From Chitinophagaceae bacterium (GTDB lineage: Bacteria > Bacteroidota > Bacteroidia > Chitinophagales > Chitinophagaceae): DNA of 43,301 bases. The DNA is taken from contig JAMIQN010000027.1 of the NCBI GenBank assembly GCA_035914595.1, positions 1 through 43,301 on the forward strand. The letters are read 5' to 3'. The position numbers were made by a program, and so were the translations under genes. The notes beneath the pieces were generated by a model that had not been told where the DNA came from, made no database searches, and was given only the letters and a program-made list of their open reading frames with translations. Shown here one piece after another: positions 1-10,139 of the stretch. Within the stretch, counting starts at the first letter, position 1. Each line of letters starts with the position of its first letter.

Positions 1-284
1 CCGGAGGCTCCGGCAACACCATCACTGCTTCTACAAACCTTGCTAATTCAAGCTTCGGTTTTGTAAGCTCACCCAGCAGCACCGACAGCACCTATGCGCT
101 CACTTCCTCGTCGCCGGCAAAGGGAACCGGTAAGAGTGGCGAGGATATGGGTATGTACGGAGGCCCGCTTCCTTATGTGGCTTCGGGCATTGCAACGGTC
201 CCCAATATCTATGCGCTGACCATCTCTCCGGTGGCAGCGGGTGCCACGTCCATTTCTGTGTCGGTGAGCACCAAGAGCAACTAA
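1..284 (+). CDS. 3' end (93 codons) of an ORF that runs off the left edge; hypothetical surface/secreted protein
   Basis: Frame 3 is open from nt 3 to TAA at 282-284 (GGSGNTITAST...GEDMGMYGGPLPYV...SISVSVSTKSN*). It is absent from the ORF track because it has no start codon in the window. It is Ser/Thr/Gly-rich and on the same strand as the following T9SS cargo gene. Confidence 0.35.
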   Translation, partial: GGSGNTITASTNLANSSFGFVSSPSSTDSTYALTSSSPAKGTGKSGEDMGMYGGPLPYVASGIATVPNIYALTISPVAAGATSISVSVSTKSN

Positions 285-407
285 TCGAGGCTGCTCCCAA
301 TCGTGAATTGATTCATCCGGAAGCCTCCGCCTGATGCTATAATGCATTGGGCGGACGGCCGACGGTTCGTGTTCCTGTTTTTCATTTCCGTCCTATTTCA
401 AACTAAA

Positions 408-3077
408 ATGAGCCGACTGACTTTATTCCTGAAGAGCCTGCCAATTGCGGTCATCTTCTTCTTTGCTCTATCTACTATCGGGAATGCGCAGGTGAGGTAT
501 GTCGAATATTTTTTCGATACCGACCCGGGATTTCACTCGGGTACAGGCACTACTTTCTACTATCATTCAAACGATACATCCATTCTTTTAAGCGCCAACA
601 TTAGTGGCTTGAGCAATGGTATTCACCGCCTTTTTGTGCGTAGTTATGATTCTGTACATCACGAGTGGAGCCTGACGATCCCAAAGATGTTTTTCAAAAT
701 GCCGGCCCAGTCCTACGCATTTCAAAACATCACGGCAGCGGAATACTTCATTGATACTGACCCCGGCAGGGGCTTAGGAACAGCCATCACAGTAGTTCCG
801 GGTGCCGATGTGAACCTTGCCTTCAGCCCGAATATTTCGGCGCTTTCGAATGGTCTTCACCGGCTGTATGTGCGGAGCAAGGATGCTAATGGCAGATGGA
901 GTATTACATCCACGCAACTCTTTTTCAAAGAGCCTTTGGCTAATCATCCTTCTGTGAATATCACTGCGGCTGAATACTTTATTGATACGGACCCCGGAAA
1001 TGGTCTGGGAACAGCTATCACAGTAGTTCCGGGTGCCGATGTGAACCTTGCGTTTAGCCCGAATATCTCATCACTTTCCAATGGTCTTCACCGACTTTAT
1101 GTGCGGAGCAAGGATGCTAATGGCAGATGGAGTATTACATCCACGCAACTTTTCTTCAAGGAGCCTTTGGCCACTCATCCTTCTGTGAATGTTACGGCTG
1201 CGGAATACTTCTTCGATACTGACCCCGGATTTGGTCACGGTTCGAGCATCGTTGTCACACCGGGTGCTGACATCACCATTCCTTTCAATCCATCTGTACT
1301 TACGTTAGGAGTCAATGCGTTTCACCGCCTTTTTGTACGAAGCAGGGATGCAAATGGGCGTTGGAGCCTGACGAGCAGCGAGACATTCTACCTGCAGGCC
1401 GGGCCGCCACCGGCTCCCACCAGGCTGACACGGATTGAATACTTCCTGGATACGGATCCCGGGTTTGGGAATGGAACTGCAGTATCCTTTACGCGGGGCA
1501 TAGACGTTACCGTCAACTTCACCGCCTCTATCTCTGCGCTGAGCAATGGCCTGCACGTGCTCTATGTGCGTAGCCAGGATTCGCTGGGGCGCTGGAGCTT
1601 AACGAACAGTCAACTTTTCTTCCGGGATGCTTCTGCATCAAGGACTGCCCCCAACGTTACGGCAGCCGAATACTTCTTTGATACCGACCCGGGTGTAGGT
1701 CTTGCAAGCCCCATTTCAGTAGTGGCCGGTGCCGATATTTCCTTTGGGCTTACGCCGAGTATTTCCTCGCTTTCGAATGGTATCCACCGTTTGTTCGTGC
1801 GCACACGGGATGCAGACGGACATTGGAGCCTGACCGCACCGCAATTCTTCTTCAAGGAGCCTTCAGCTACACACCCGCTTGCCAACATAGTAGCGGCAGA
1901 GTATTTCTTTGATACCGACCCCGGCTTCGGATCCGGGACTGCTATCAGCGTCACTGCGGGGCAGGACATTACTGTTCCATTTACAGCAGCGATCTCATCA
2001 CTTTCCAATGGTTTGCACCGACTGTATGTGCGGAGCAAGGATGCGAACGGCAAATGGAGCCTGACGACACCGCAACTCTTCTTCAAAGAGCCGGCAGCCA
2101 CGCATCCGCTTGCCAACATAGTAGCTGCGGAATACTTCTTTGATACCGACCCGGGAGTTGGAAGCGGCACTGCTGTAACGATTACTGCGGGCACAGACAT
2201 CACCATTCCGCTAACTGCTGCCATAGCGTCCTTATCTACAGGCATCCATCGCTTTTATTTCAGAACCCGCGATGCCAATGGCAAATGGAGCCTGACGACC
2301 CCTCAGTTCTTCTTCAAGGACGTTGTGATGTCGCACACGCCGGGATACCTGACACGCGTAGAATGGTTCTGGGACACGGACCCTGGTTTTGGCTCCGGCA
2401 CGGCAGTGACGATTCCCAGCAGCACGGTTGACCTTCAGAATCAAAGCTTCACGGCAGCATTTCCGAGCTCCTTTGTTGGCTCTGTCCACAACTTTTTCAT
2501 TCGTTCAAAAGACGACTGGAGCCTGACGACGGTGGTGCAGGTGGACCTTACGAATGCGGCCCCTCTGCCGGTAACCCTGCTTCGGTTCAGTGCGCTTCGC
2601 GAAGCCGACCGCGTGAAAGTGCTGTGGAATGTGGCTCAGGAGCGCGACATGGCGGAATATGTTGTAGAGCGTAGCACCGATGGGCGCAAATTCGATTCTA
2701 TTGGTACGGTTGCGGCAAGCGGGCAGCAGCAATACTTCCTTTATGATGAGCATCCTGTGACCGGAATGAACTACTACCGGCTGCGTCAGGTGGAGGTATC
2801 GGGCAGGGCTGAATATTCAGCGACGGTATCGGTGCTTTTCTCTGCAGCCAAAGAAACGATGCAGGTATATCCGAATCCGGCAACTGATTACTTCAACATC
2901 TCAACCAAGATGTCCTTGGCCAGTGTAACGCTCCACGACCTGAGCGGTAAATTAGTACGCAGCTATACGGATTTATCGGGCCAATATTCCCTGAATGGGA
3001 TTGCGGCAGGCACCTATATCGTTTATGCTCTGGGCGAAGACGGGCAGGTGTTGGTAAAGCCGTTAGTGGTTAAGTAA
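408..3077 (+). CDS. T9SS-sorted surface protein: signal peptide, nine tandem ~77-aa repeats, an Ig/FN3-like domain and a Por/T9SS C-terminal sorting domain
   Basis: ORF 342-3077. I prefer the ATG at 408 because MSRLTLFLKSLPIAVIFFFALSTIGNA/QV is a classic signal peptide. The repeats share EYFxDTDPGxGxG...SNGxHRLYVRS.D..G.WSLT..Q.FFK. The C-terminus (MQVYPNPATDYFNI...GTYIVYA...VVK, about nt 2859-3074) matches the T9SS C-terminal domain (CTD) pattern. It is preceded by the LLxFxA...VxLxW...ERSxDGxxF...YYRLRQV module common in Bacteroidota cargo proteins. Confidence 0.85.
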   Translation: MSRLTLFLKSLPIAVIFFFALSTIGNAQVRYVEYFFDTDPGFHSGTGTTFYYHSNDTSILLSANISGLSNGIHRLFVRSYDSVHHEWSLTIPKMFFKMPAQSYAFQNITAAEYFIDTDPGRGLGTAITVVPGADVNLAFSPNISALSNGLHRLYVRSKDANGRWSITSTQLFFKEPLANHPSVNITAAEYFIDTDPGNGLGTAITVVPGADVNLAFSPNISSLSNGLHRLYVRSKDANGRWSITSTQLFFKEPLATHPSVNVTAAEYFFDTDPGFGHGSSIVVTPGADITIPFNPSVLTLGVNAFHRLFVRSRDANGRWSLTSSETFYLQAGPPPAPTRLTRIEYFLDTDPGFGNGTAVSFTRGIDVTVNFTASISALSNGLHVLYVRSQDSLGRWSLTNSQLFFRDASASRTAPNVTAAEYFFDTDPGVGLASPISVVAGADISFGLTPSISSLSNGIHRLFVRTRDADGHWSLTAPQFFFKEPSATHPLANIVAAEYFFDTDPGFGSGTAISVTAGQDITVPFTAAISSLSNGLHRLYVRSKDANGKWSLTTPQLFFKEPAATHPLANIVAAEYFFDTDPGVGSGTAVTITAGTDITIPLTAAIASLSTGIHRFYFRTRDANGKWSLTTPQFFFKDVVMSHTPGYLTRVEWFWDTDPGFGSGTAVTIPSSTVDLQNQSFTAAFPSSFVGSVHNFFIRSKDDWSLTTVVQVDLTNAAPLPVTLLRFSALREADRVKVLWNVAQERDMAEYVVERSTDGRKFDSIGTVAASGQQQYFLYDEHPVTGMNYYRLRQVEVSGRAEYSATVSVLFSAAKETMQVYPNPATDYFNISTKMSLASVTLHDLSGKLVRSYTDLSGQYSLNGIAAGTYIVYALGEDGQVLVKPLVVK
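492..2565 (+). repeat. Nine in-frame tandem coding repeats, mostly of 231-nt period
   Basis: Repeat boundaries by manual alignment are 492, 729, 960, 1191, 1425, 1656, 1887, 2118 and 2349. Copies 729-959 and 960-1190 differ at 3 of 77 residues and share identical DNA runs of about 35 and 53 nt. Confidence 0.85.
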
Positions 3078-3099
3078 GGCTTGGTGGCCTGAATAGAAC

Positions 3100-3132
3100 T
3101 CCCGGGTGCTGGTCGCCCGGGATTCTTTTTTT
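3100..3132. terminator. Intrinsic terminator between convergent genes
   Basis: Stem tCCCGGG (3100-3106) pairs with CCCGGGa (3116-3122) across a 9-nt loop, followed by ttcttttttt. It sits between the stop at 3077 (+) and the stop at 3142 (-). Confidence 0.6.
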
Positions 3133-3141
3133 ATTCCTGTC

Positions 3142-4140
3142 TCAGCTCCATTCCATTGCCGCATAACGCTCGCGCAATTCAGCCAGCACCTCACTGATGC
3201 TTGAGGCCGTGTCCAACGTGACGAGCCGGCTCCTGAATTCTTTTACGCCGGGAAGGCCTTTCAGATAATTAGCCCAATGGCGCCGCATTTCGAGGATGCC
3301 CAGCTTTTCGCCTTTCCAGCGTATGGAAAACTGAAGATGCTTTTGGGCGGCCTCTACCCGTTCTTCTACGCTGGGCGGGGCCAGCTCTTCGCCGGTAGCC
3401 AGGTAGTGCTTTATTTCTCTGAAAATCCAGGGATGTCCGATAGCGGCCCGGCCAATCATGATGCCATCCACGCCGTAGCGGTTGCGGAATTCCAAGGCTT
3501 TTTGAGGACTGTCAATATCGCCGTTCCCGAAGATGGGGATGTGGATGCGCGGATTGTTTTTGACAGCCGCGATGAGTCGCCAGTCGGCCTCGCCTTTGTA
3601 GAGTTGTGCGCGGGTGCGTCCATGAATGGCGAGGGCGGCAATACCGATATCCTGGAGGCGTTCGGCCACCTCTTCAATGTTCTTGCTGTCATCGTCCCAG
3701 CCCAGTCGGGTCTTCACAGTTACAGGCAGGCTGGTACTGCGGATGCAGGCCTGTGTGAGGCGCACCATCAAGTCCACATCCTTGAGTACTGCAGCGCCGG
3801 CGCCTTTGCACACCACCTTTTTCACTGGGCATCCGAAGTTGATGTCGAGCAAATCAGGAGCTGTGGCATCTACAATTTTTGCGGAAAGCCCCATCGCTTC
3901 TTCATCCCCGCCAAAAATCTGAATACCTATCGGTCGTTCTTCTTCGAAGATGTCCAGCTTCTGCCGGCTTTTGATTGCATCGCGGATGAGGCCCTCTGAG
4001 GAGATGAATTCGGTGTACATCAGGTCCGCTCCACCTTCCTTACAGACTGCACGAAAGGGTGGGTCGCTCACGTCCTCCATTGGTGCGAGCAAGAGGGGAA
4101 AATCGGGCAGGCTGATATGAGGTCCGATCTGAACGGGCAT
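3142..4140 (-). CDS. dusB: tRNA-dihydrouridine synthase (Dus family, DusB-like)
   Basis: LLLAPMEDVSDPPFR, INFGCPVKKV and HGRTR motifs in a TIM-barrel Dus layout. The ATG at 4140 (MPVQIG...) is preferred over the upstream TTG at 4176 used by the track. Confidence 0.85.
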   Translation of the reverse strand: MPVQIGPHISLPDFPLLLAPMEDVSDPPFRAVCKEGGADLMYTEFISSEGLIRDAIKSRQKLDIFEEERPIGIQIFGGDEEAMGLSAKIVDATAPDLLDINFGCPVKKVVCKGAGAAVLKDVDLMVRLTQACIRSTSLPVTVKTRLGWDDDSKNIEEVAERLQDIGIAALAIHGRTRAQLYKGEADWRLIAAVKNNPRIHIPIFGNGDIDSPQKALEFRNRYGVDGIMIGRAAIGHPWIFREIKHYLATGEELAPPSVEERVEAAQKHLQFSIRWKGEKLGILEMRRHWANYLKGLPGVKEFRSRLVTLDTASSISEVLAELRERYAAMEWS

Positions 4141-4318
4141 CCGGCAAAGGTCGTAGCTGGCAGCGATGATGCCCAAGAGTAGGAAAGGCTGTGAATTGGT
4201 TCTGTCCGGGCTTTGGCAGGGGCTTGCAGGTAAAATTTCTTGCAGCCGTACTTCATTCCTTCAATTGCAGGTTTCCTGTCGCGCCCGCGCTTTGCGCTAT
4301 TTTCGCGCCGCTTTCCCC

Positions 4319-5401
4319 ATGTCCCTCATTTTTGACAAGCTTGCAGCCATCAAAGCCCGGTTTGATGAGTTGGGCATTTCCCTTACCAATCCGGAGGTCG
4401 TCAGCGACAATAAACGGTTTACCACGGTGAGCCGGGAATACCGCAAGCTGGAGCCCATTGTGGAGGCCTGGAAGCGCTATCAGGCGACCCTCGATTCGAT
4501 TGCTTTTGGCAAAGAAGTATTGAGTAACGAGAGCGATGAAGACCTGCGCGACATGGCTCGCGAAGAACTGGAATTGCAAGAACAGCGCAAGGAAGAACTG
4601 GAAGAAGAAATCAGAACCCTGCTCATCCCGAAAGACCCACAGGACGAGAAGAATGCCATCATTGAAATTCGTGCAGGCACAGGAGGTGATGAAGCCTCAT
4701 TGTTTGCCGGTGATTTGATGCGCATGTACCTCCGCTATTGCGAACGGCGTGGCTGGAAGGTGGCGTTGCTGAGCGAAACTGAGGGAACTGTCGGCGGCTA
4801 TAAAGAAGTACAATTAGAGGTAACCGGAGAGGATGTATATGGTGTCCTGAAGTTTGAAAGTGGTGTGCATCGGGTGCAAAGGGTGCCTGCTACTGAAACG
4901 CAAGGGCGTGTGCATACCAGCGCTGCGACGGTCGCCATCATGCCTGAGGCCGAGGAAATAGATTTTGAACTGAAAGAGAGTGATCTGAAAATGGAAACGG
5001 CCCGAAGCGGTGGCGCCGGCGGTCAGAACGTGAATAAAGTGGAGACGAAGGTGATACTGACTCACATCCCCACAGGCACAGTGGTCACCTGCCAAACGGA
5101 GCGCACTCAGTTGGGCAACCGCGAGAAGGCGACGCAGATGATGCGTACCAAACTCTACGAAGAGCAGGTGCGTAAGCATGAAGAAGAGATTTCGCGTCGT
5201 CGCAAAAGCTTAGTGAGTACGGGCGACCGAAGCGCCAAGATTCGTACTTACAACTATCCTCAGGGGCGCATTACCGACCACCGCATCAACATGACGATCT
5301 ATTCGCTGGATGCTTTCATGAATGGAGAAATTCAGGAAATGCTCGATGCCTTACAGTTTGCTGAAAATGCACAAAAGATGGAAGCAGGTGAAAGCGTTTA
5401 G
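4319..5401 (+). CDS. prfA: Peptide chain release factor 1
   Basis: [14 protein letters not shown] (GGQ motif), the RF1-type PxT tripeptide (PATETQGR), and a typical length of 360 aa from the ATG at 4319 ([19 protein letters not shown]). The track ORF start at 4166 adds an implausible N-terminal extension. Confidence 0.95.
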   Translation: MSLIFDKLAAIKARFDELGISLTNPEVVSDNKRFTTVSREYRKLEPIVEAWKRYQATLDSIAFGKEVLSNESDEDLRDMAREELELQEQRKEELEEEIRTLLIPKDPQDEKNAIIEIRAGTGGDEASLFAGDLMRMYLRYCERRGWKVALLSETEGTVGGYKEVQLEVTGEDVYGVLKFESGVHRVQRVPATETQGRVHTSAATVAIMPEAEEIDFELKESDLKMETARSGGAGGQNVNKVETKVILTHIPTGTVVTCQTERTQLGNREKATQMMRTKLYEEQVRKHEEEISRRRKSLVSTGDRSAKIRTYNYPQGRITDHRINMTIYSLDAFMNGEIQEMLDALQFAENAQKMEAGESV

Positions 5402-5628
5402 CCGGTCGCCATTCAACTAACAAAGGCCGCAGGCTCCTGCTATGTGACAAGACTTATCTCGCCATTTGAATCAGGTTTTTCTTAAGCCAACTATCTAAAA
5501 GAAATTGAAACCGGACGTTCACACCTACAGCAAAAGCCTTCATTGTGATGGCTTCCGGTCATACTCTTCATTGCAATAAGAACCTTCCAAGCTCCGTTTT
5601 TCGCATCCGCCATTATCAACCAAATCTC

Positions 5629-6609
5629 ATGTCAGACACGCCCCGTTTCGACCTCATTGACATCGTCCAGACCATCGCCAGGCGCCTTCGCTTTGTGTTG
5701 CTCGTTGCGATTGTTGCGGCTATTGCTGCTGCGGCATTTTACCTCGTAACTCCGCGCCATTACAAGGCGGAAGCTGACCTGCTTATCACGAATCCGCTTT
5801 ATACGGATCGGAATAACCTGTTCCGAAATGACAAGGCGCTGTTCGTGGATTATTATGGCCGCGAGGAAGACGTGGATAAGGTGATGGCCGTTGCTAAAGC
5901 GCGGGCCACGCGAGACAGCATCATCCATATGGCTAACCTCTGGGCGCGCTACGGGATGGACACCGTAAAGAATAGGAAGTGGCTGAAGGAAGCGGAAGAC
6001 AGATTCACGCGCTCATTTGATGTGAAGCGGACGGAGTATATCACGGTGCGACTGAGCTATACCGATGCAGATCCGAAACTGGCCGCACTAATTTGTAATG
6101 ATGCGGCTACGGTAATTAATCAGGTCTATTCAGGCTACTACAATGCCCTGAGGATGGAAAACCGGAACAGCATTCAGCGGCAGTTAGTCCGCGCGGATAG
6201 CATGATGGAGGTGCTTACGGATAGCCTGGCCTCCATGCGCGATCGTTATGGCATCTATCAGATTTTGTCGCCGGCGCGGCCTGCGATGGGGGGCACTACA
6301 GTCACGGCGCATGGCCCCGGCTATGGACGGGCCATGGAAGAGATTCAGAACCTGGAGGCGAGCAAGGATCAACTGGTGCTGGATCGTGCCCGCTTTCAAT
6401 CGCTGCTGGAAGAATACAGCACTGCAACGCGCCGTGGAGACCAGCCGCAAATTCAAGTGATTTCGCCGGCGGTACCACCCGTAGAACCGAAAGGTCTGAA
6501 CCTGCCCTTCACGATCATCGTTGGTGCGCTGGTTGGTGCCTTCTTCGCCGTGCTTTGGGTGCTTTTTACAACCTATTGGAAAAGACTTGCCGCCATTCAC
6601 CGGGCATAA
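5629..6609 (+). CDS. Polysaccharide co-polymerase / chain-length determinant (Wzz-like, no kinase domain)
   Basis: An N-terminal TM helix (FVLLVAIVAAIAAAAFYLV) is followed by PRHYKAEADLLI. The middle is coiled-coil-like. A Pro-rich segment (SPAVPPVEPKG) immediately precedes a C-terminal TM helix. The ATG at 5629 (MSDTPRFDLIDIV) is preferred. Confidence 0.6.
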   Translation: MSDTPRFDLIDIVQTIARRLRFVLLVAIVAAIAAAAFYLVTPRHYKAEADLLITNPLYTDRNNLFRNDKALFVDYYGREEDVDKVMAVAKARATRDSIIHMANLWARYGMDTVKNRKWLKEAEDRFTRSFDVKRTEYITVRLSYTDADPKLAALICNDAATVINQVYSGYYNALRMENRNSIQRQLVRADSMMEVLTDSLASMRDRYGIYQILSPARPAMGGTTVTAHGPGYGRAMEEIQNLEASKDQLVLDRARFQSLLEEYSTATRRGDQPQIQVISPAVPPVEPKGLNLPFTIIVGALVGAFFAVLWVLFTTYWKRLAAIHRA

Positions 6610-6610
6610 G

Positions 6611-8074
6611 ATGATGACTGCGGCTACGCCCAAAGAAGTGCCCACCGGTTTGCTCTGGCTGGGTGCGGCCGTCGGCATTGCCGGCGTGGCGGGCTATGCG
6701 GCTACCTCTTATCTGCCGCTGCTGGCGGTGCCTTTTGTATTGCTGTTTGTAGCACTGTTTTTCATCAATTGGAAGACGGCCTGGTGGGTGTTTTTGTTTT
6801 TCATTCCGCTGTCGCAGGAGCTGGACCTGATTGAAGGGGTGCTGACCACGACGGTGCCGGATGAGCCCATGATGTGGCTGTTTTTGCTGCTCACCATCGT
6901 CATTGTAGCATCGCGCCCTAAGAGTATTCCTGAGTGGTGGTTGCGAAGTCCGCTGACGCTGATTGTAGCGCTGCAGTACATCTGGATGGTGGTGGCCATT
7001 TGCTGCGCAGAACGCGAATTGATTGCTGTCAAATTTGGTCTGGCCAAGACTTGGTTCCTCGCAGCCTATTTCGTGCTGCCGGTACTCATTTTTCAAAAGA
7101 AAAGTGACTTCCAAAAGGCATTCTTTATAGTGATCATACCTACGGTCGCGACGATGCTTGTGATCAACTACTGGCACTATCAGTTGGGCTTTCGGTTTTC
7201 CTTTATCCATAAAGCCATCGGCACGCTCTACTACAACCGCGTGGACTATTCCTCTTACCTGTCCATGCTGTTCCCATTGGTTGCTATTTCAGTGTTGTTA
7301 TCGAAAGGTATGCGCTGGTGGTGGCGTGCATTGGCCATTGTGACCTCGCTCTTCTTTCTGATGGCGATCTACTTCACGTTCGCGCGAGGAGCGATGCTGG
7401 CCATCATGTTCGCGGCAGGTGTGGCTTTTGCCATCCGCAAGCGGTTGGTGAATTTCATCCTTCCTGCATTCTTCGCACTGATTGCCCTGACGATGGTGTA
7501 CATGGTGCGCAACAACAAGTACATTGATTTTCGGCCCAATTTTTCACATACCTACACTCATTTCACGTTTGCTGATCACTTGGTAGCCACCTTCAGGGGC
7601 GAGGATATGAGCTCGATGGAGCGCCTCTATCGCTGGATTGCAGCTGTACGCATGAGCGAAGACAGACCTTTGGTCGGTGTTGGCCCCAATTCATTTTATT
7701 TCTACTACAAGCCGTACACGGTCTCTTCATTCCGCACCTACGTCAGCCGCAATACCGAGCGCAGCACCACACACAACTATTTTCTGTTTATGCTCGTGGA
7801 GCAGGGCTGGCCTGCCATGCTGCTCTATGCGGCCCTCATAATGACTTTCCTGGCAAGTGCACAGCGCACTTACCATCGTTTCAAAGGCGAGCGCTTTTAT
7901 CAAATCGTCACTATGGGCGTGGCGATGATGCTGGCCGCAGGCTTTATTGATAATTTCTTTTCGGAATTGATTGAGACGCACAAAGTGGGCTCCCTCTTTT
8001 ACTTCTCAATGGTGCTCATGATTGTGCTTTCACATAAAAGCAAAGTGTGGGCACAAAAGGGAATTGCGGAATAG
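6611..8074 (+). CDS. O-antigen ligase/polymerase family membrane protein (Wzy_C-like)
   Basis: About 10-12 predicted TM helices. A loop FTFARGAMLA...R is typical of the Wzy_C/O-antigen ligase domain, and NSFYFYY and HNYFLFMLVEQGW segments are present. The ATG at 6611 lies 1 nt after the Wzz-like stop codon (TAA 6607-6609). Confidence 0.7.
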   Translation: MMTAATPKEVPTGLLWLGAAVGIAGVAGYAATSYLPLLAVPFVLLFVALFFINWKTAWWVFLFFIPLSQELDLIEGVLTTTVPDEPMMWLFLLLTIVIVASRPKSIPEWWLRSPLTLIVALQYIWMVVAICCAERELIAVKFGLAKTWFLAAYFVLPVLIFQKKSDFQKAFFIVIIPTVATMLVINYWHYQLGFRFSFIHKAIGTLYYNRVDYSSYLSMLFPLVAISVLLSKGMRWWWRALAIVTSLFFLMAIYFTFARGAMLAIMFAAGVAFAIRKRLVNFILPAFFALIALTMVYMVRNNKYIDFRPNFSHTYTHFTFADHLVATFRGEDMSSMERLYRWIAAVRMSEDRPLVGVGPNSFYFYYKPYTVSSFRTYVSRNTERSTTHNYFLFMLVEQGWPAMLLYAALIMTFLASAQRTYHRFKGERFYQIVTMGVAMMLAAGFIDNFFSELIETHKVGSLFYFSMVLMIVLSHKSKVWAQKGIAE

Positions 8075-8121
8075 CCGCGCCGTTCCCTGTCGTTTTTATT
8101 TGGAAAATCCTGACCTGTTCC

Positions 8122-9981
8122 CTACACGACTTTAGTGCCGCGCATGGCCTGCTTCAGGGCGGCATCCATCAACCTTTCCGCAAAGGGCCGGCTGACTTCA
8201 TTGAGCGCCTCGGTGGCCTGCTGAATCCGGTTCTTGTCCTGGGCCTGAATGGCATCTTTCAACGCCTGCATGTGTTGGCGCGTCAGTGCCATTTCTTCCT
8301 CGCTAAGCAGAGTCGCATTTTTCTCTAAAAAGCGTTCGGTAGTGTCGAGCATCTGATTTGCCTCGGTGGTGGCTTCCACCAATGCGCGCGCCTGCATGTC
8401 GCTGCGCGCGTGCATCAGCGAGTCCATCAGCATCTGCTCTACCTGTTCGTCCGACAAGCCATACTGGGGCTGCACCTGTATGCTTTGCGCCACTTCACTG
8501 CGCAGTTCTTTAGCACTCACTTTCAGGATTCCGTCGGCATCTATCAAAAAGGTGATTTCCACCTTGGGCAGCCCCGCCGGCATGGGCGGAATACCCGTGA
8601 GGTTGAAAGAGGCAAGCTTGCGGTTGTCGGCCACAAGGTCGCGTTCGCCCTGATACACGGCTATGGCCATCGCCGTCTGGCCGTCTTTCTGCGTCGTGTA
8701 CTGGCGGCCTGCCTTAGCAGGGATCTTGGCATTGCGCGGAATGAGCACATCCATCAAGCCGCCCATCGTCTCAATGCCTAACGAAAGCGGAGTCACATCC
8801 AGCAATAACATCTCGGTGTTCTTACCGGCAAGTATGTCGGCCTGCACGGCAGCACCCAACGCAACAACCTCATCAGGATTGAGCGTGTCGTTCAGTTCAC
8901 GTCCAAAGAAGCTGCGTACAGATTCTTTCACTAACGGTACACGGGTAGAACCGCCTACCATCACTATCGCATCAATCTCTTTCGTCTCTAATCCCGCATC
9001 GGCCATCGCCTGACGGCAGGAGTCCAGCGTCTTTTCAACAAATGGTTGAATTAAGGCATCAAATTCTGCTCTGGTAATATGCAAAGTCTCGCCACGCACG
9101 ACACCACTGAAGTGATCAGTAATGCTCAGAGCCTTTTTAGCCTCTTCGCTGAATAATCGCAATTCCTGAATGAGGGCGGGGCTATTATCGCTTTTCCACT
9201 GCTCATTCTCAGCCTTGAATTTTCTGGCGAGTGCACGGTCGAAGTCATCGCCGCCGAGGTAGGTGTCGCCATGGGTGGAAAGGACTTCAAAAATGCCTCC
9301 TGACAGTCGAAGTATAGAAATGTCGAAGGTGCCACCGCCGAGGTCGTACACGGCAATTGTCCGCTCTTCATCAGGACTCACGCCAATGCCATAGGCCAGG
9401 GCGGCTGCCGTCGGCTCATTGACGATTCGTAACACATCCAACCCCGCCAATCGTCCGGCATCGCGTGTGGCCTGCCGCTGCGTGTCGTTGAAGTAGGCCG
9501 GCACGGTAATCACCGCTTTGGAAACAGACATCTTCAACACATGCTCCGCTCTGGTCTTTAGCTGCTGCAGAATCATGGCGGATAGCTCTATGGGCGAATA
9601 GAACCGATCACCTATGGCCACCTTGACAAGGGAATCGGTGTTGTCGTCGTGAATCTTGTAAGCGAATTGAGTCGCATGATCTTCGACGTCCTTGTAGCTC
9701 TTGCCCATGAGCCGCTTCACGGAGTAGATGGTGCGTTCGGGCTCATCAATAAGATGCTGACGCGCCTCTACACCTACATGCACTTCCTGGTATTTGCCGA
9801 AATGAACAATAGAAGGGACGAGTGCCATCCCGTCTGTCTCACGCAGGGCAATCGGTTCACGCTTTCCTTCATTTTCGCGAACAATGGAGATGAGCGAGTT
9901 GGTAGTTCCGAGGTCAATACCGACGATGAGATCCTCGGCCTGCAAAGAGCCGGTTGCAAGATTGATGGAGACTTTAGCCAT
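8122..9981 (-). CDS. hscA: Hsp70-family Fe-S cluster assembly chaperone HscA
   Basis: [51 protein letters not shown] and [24 protein letters not shown] closely follow the HscA pattern rather than DnaK. Length is 619 aa. Confidence 0.85.
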   Translation of the reverse strand: MAKVSINLATGSLQAEDLIVGIDLGTTNSLISIVRENEGKREPIALRETDGMALVPSIVHFGKYQEVHVGVEARQHLIDEPERTIYSVKRLMGKSYKDVEDHATQFAYKIHDDNTDSLVKVAIGDRFYSPIELSAMILQQLKTRAEHVLKMSVSKAVITVPAYFNDTQRQATRDAGRLAGLDVLRIVNEPTAAALAYGIGVSPDEERTIAVYDLGGGTFDISILRLSGGIFEVLSTHGDTYLGGDDFDRALARKFKAENEQWKSDNSPALIQELRLFSEEAKKALSITDHFSGVVRGETLHITRAEFDALIQPFVEKTLDSCRQAMADAGLETKEIDAIVMVGGSTRVPLVKESVRSFFGRELNDTLNPDEVVALGAAVQADILAGKNTEMLLLDVTPLSLGIETMGGLMDVLIPRNAKIPAKAGRQYTTQKDGQTAMAIAVYQGERDLVADNRKLASFNLTGIPPMPAGLPKVEITFLIDADGILKVSAKELRSEVAQSIQVQPQYGLSDEQVEQMLMDSLMHARSDMQARALVEATTEANQMLDTTERFLEKNATLLSEEEMALTRQHMQALKDAIQAQDKNRIQQATEALNEVSRPFAERLMDAALKQAMRGTKVV

Positions 9982-10017
9982 GCCTTTTGTTCAGTAATAC
10001 GCTTTTGTTGGGCAGGG

Positions 10018-10025
10018 CAAAGGTA
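10018..10025 (-). promoter_or_regulatory. Bacteroidota -7 box (TACCTTTG on the - strand) for hscA
   Basis: The + strand reads CAAAGGTA, whose reverse complement matches TAnnTTTG. It lies 36 nt upstream of the hscA ATG (9981). Confidence 0.4.
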
Positions 10026-10081
10026 CCGGGCCGGGAAGGGGCAGAGGGAGGAGGCGATTTGTGAAAAGGGGAAAAAGTGAA

Positions 10082-10124
10082 GGGGCAGCGTAAGCTGCTC
10101 CGTAGTTGTGACAGCGTGAGCTGT
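10082..10124 (+). repeat. Two REP-like hairpins upstream of the RAYT gene
   Basis: GGGGCAGC-GTAA-GCTGCTCC (10082-10101, 8-bp stem with one G.T pair) and ACAGC-GTGA-GCTGT (10111-10124). Both have GNRA-type tetraloops on the + strand. Confidence 0.6.
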
Positions 10125-10139
10125 AAACTATATTGGAAT

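Noticed and set aside
342-407. The ATG at 342 as the start of the repeat protein
   Set aside because: The 22 extra residues (MHWADGRRFVFLFFISVLFQTK) would bury the clear signal peptide that begins at the ATG at 408.
492-2565. A regular 231-nt periodicity that could be mistaken for a CRISPR-like or satellite array
   Set aside because: The repeats are contiguous and in frame inside one long ORF, have no spacers, and diverge mainly at synonymous sites. They are coding domain repeats.
3277-3999. 240-aa + strand ORF. Similar long antisense ORFs occur at 1610-2245(-), 6566-7210(-), 13308-13889(-), 17936-19036(+), 30152-31078(-) and 38647-39450(-).
   Set aside because: Each lies fully inside, and antisense to, a gene with clear family motifs (dusB, the repeat protein, the Wzy-like gene, smc, the LKR-like gene, pyrF, the M20 dipeptidase). 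Their translations are compositionally biased (Arg/Ala/Gly/His-rich) and carry no recognisable motifs.
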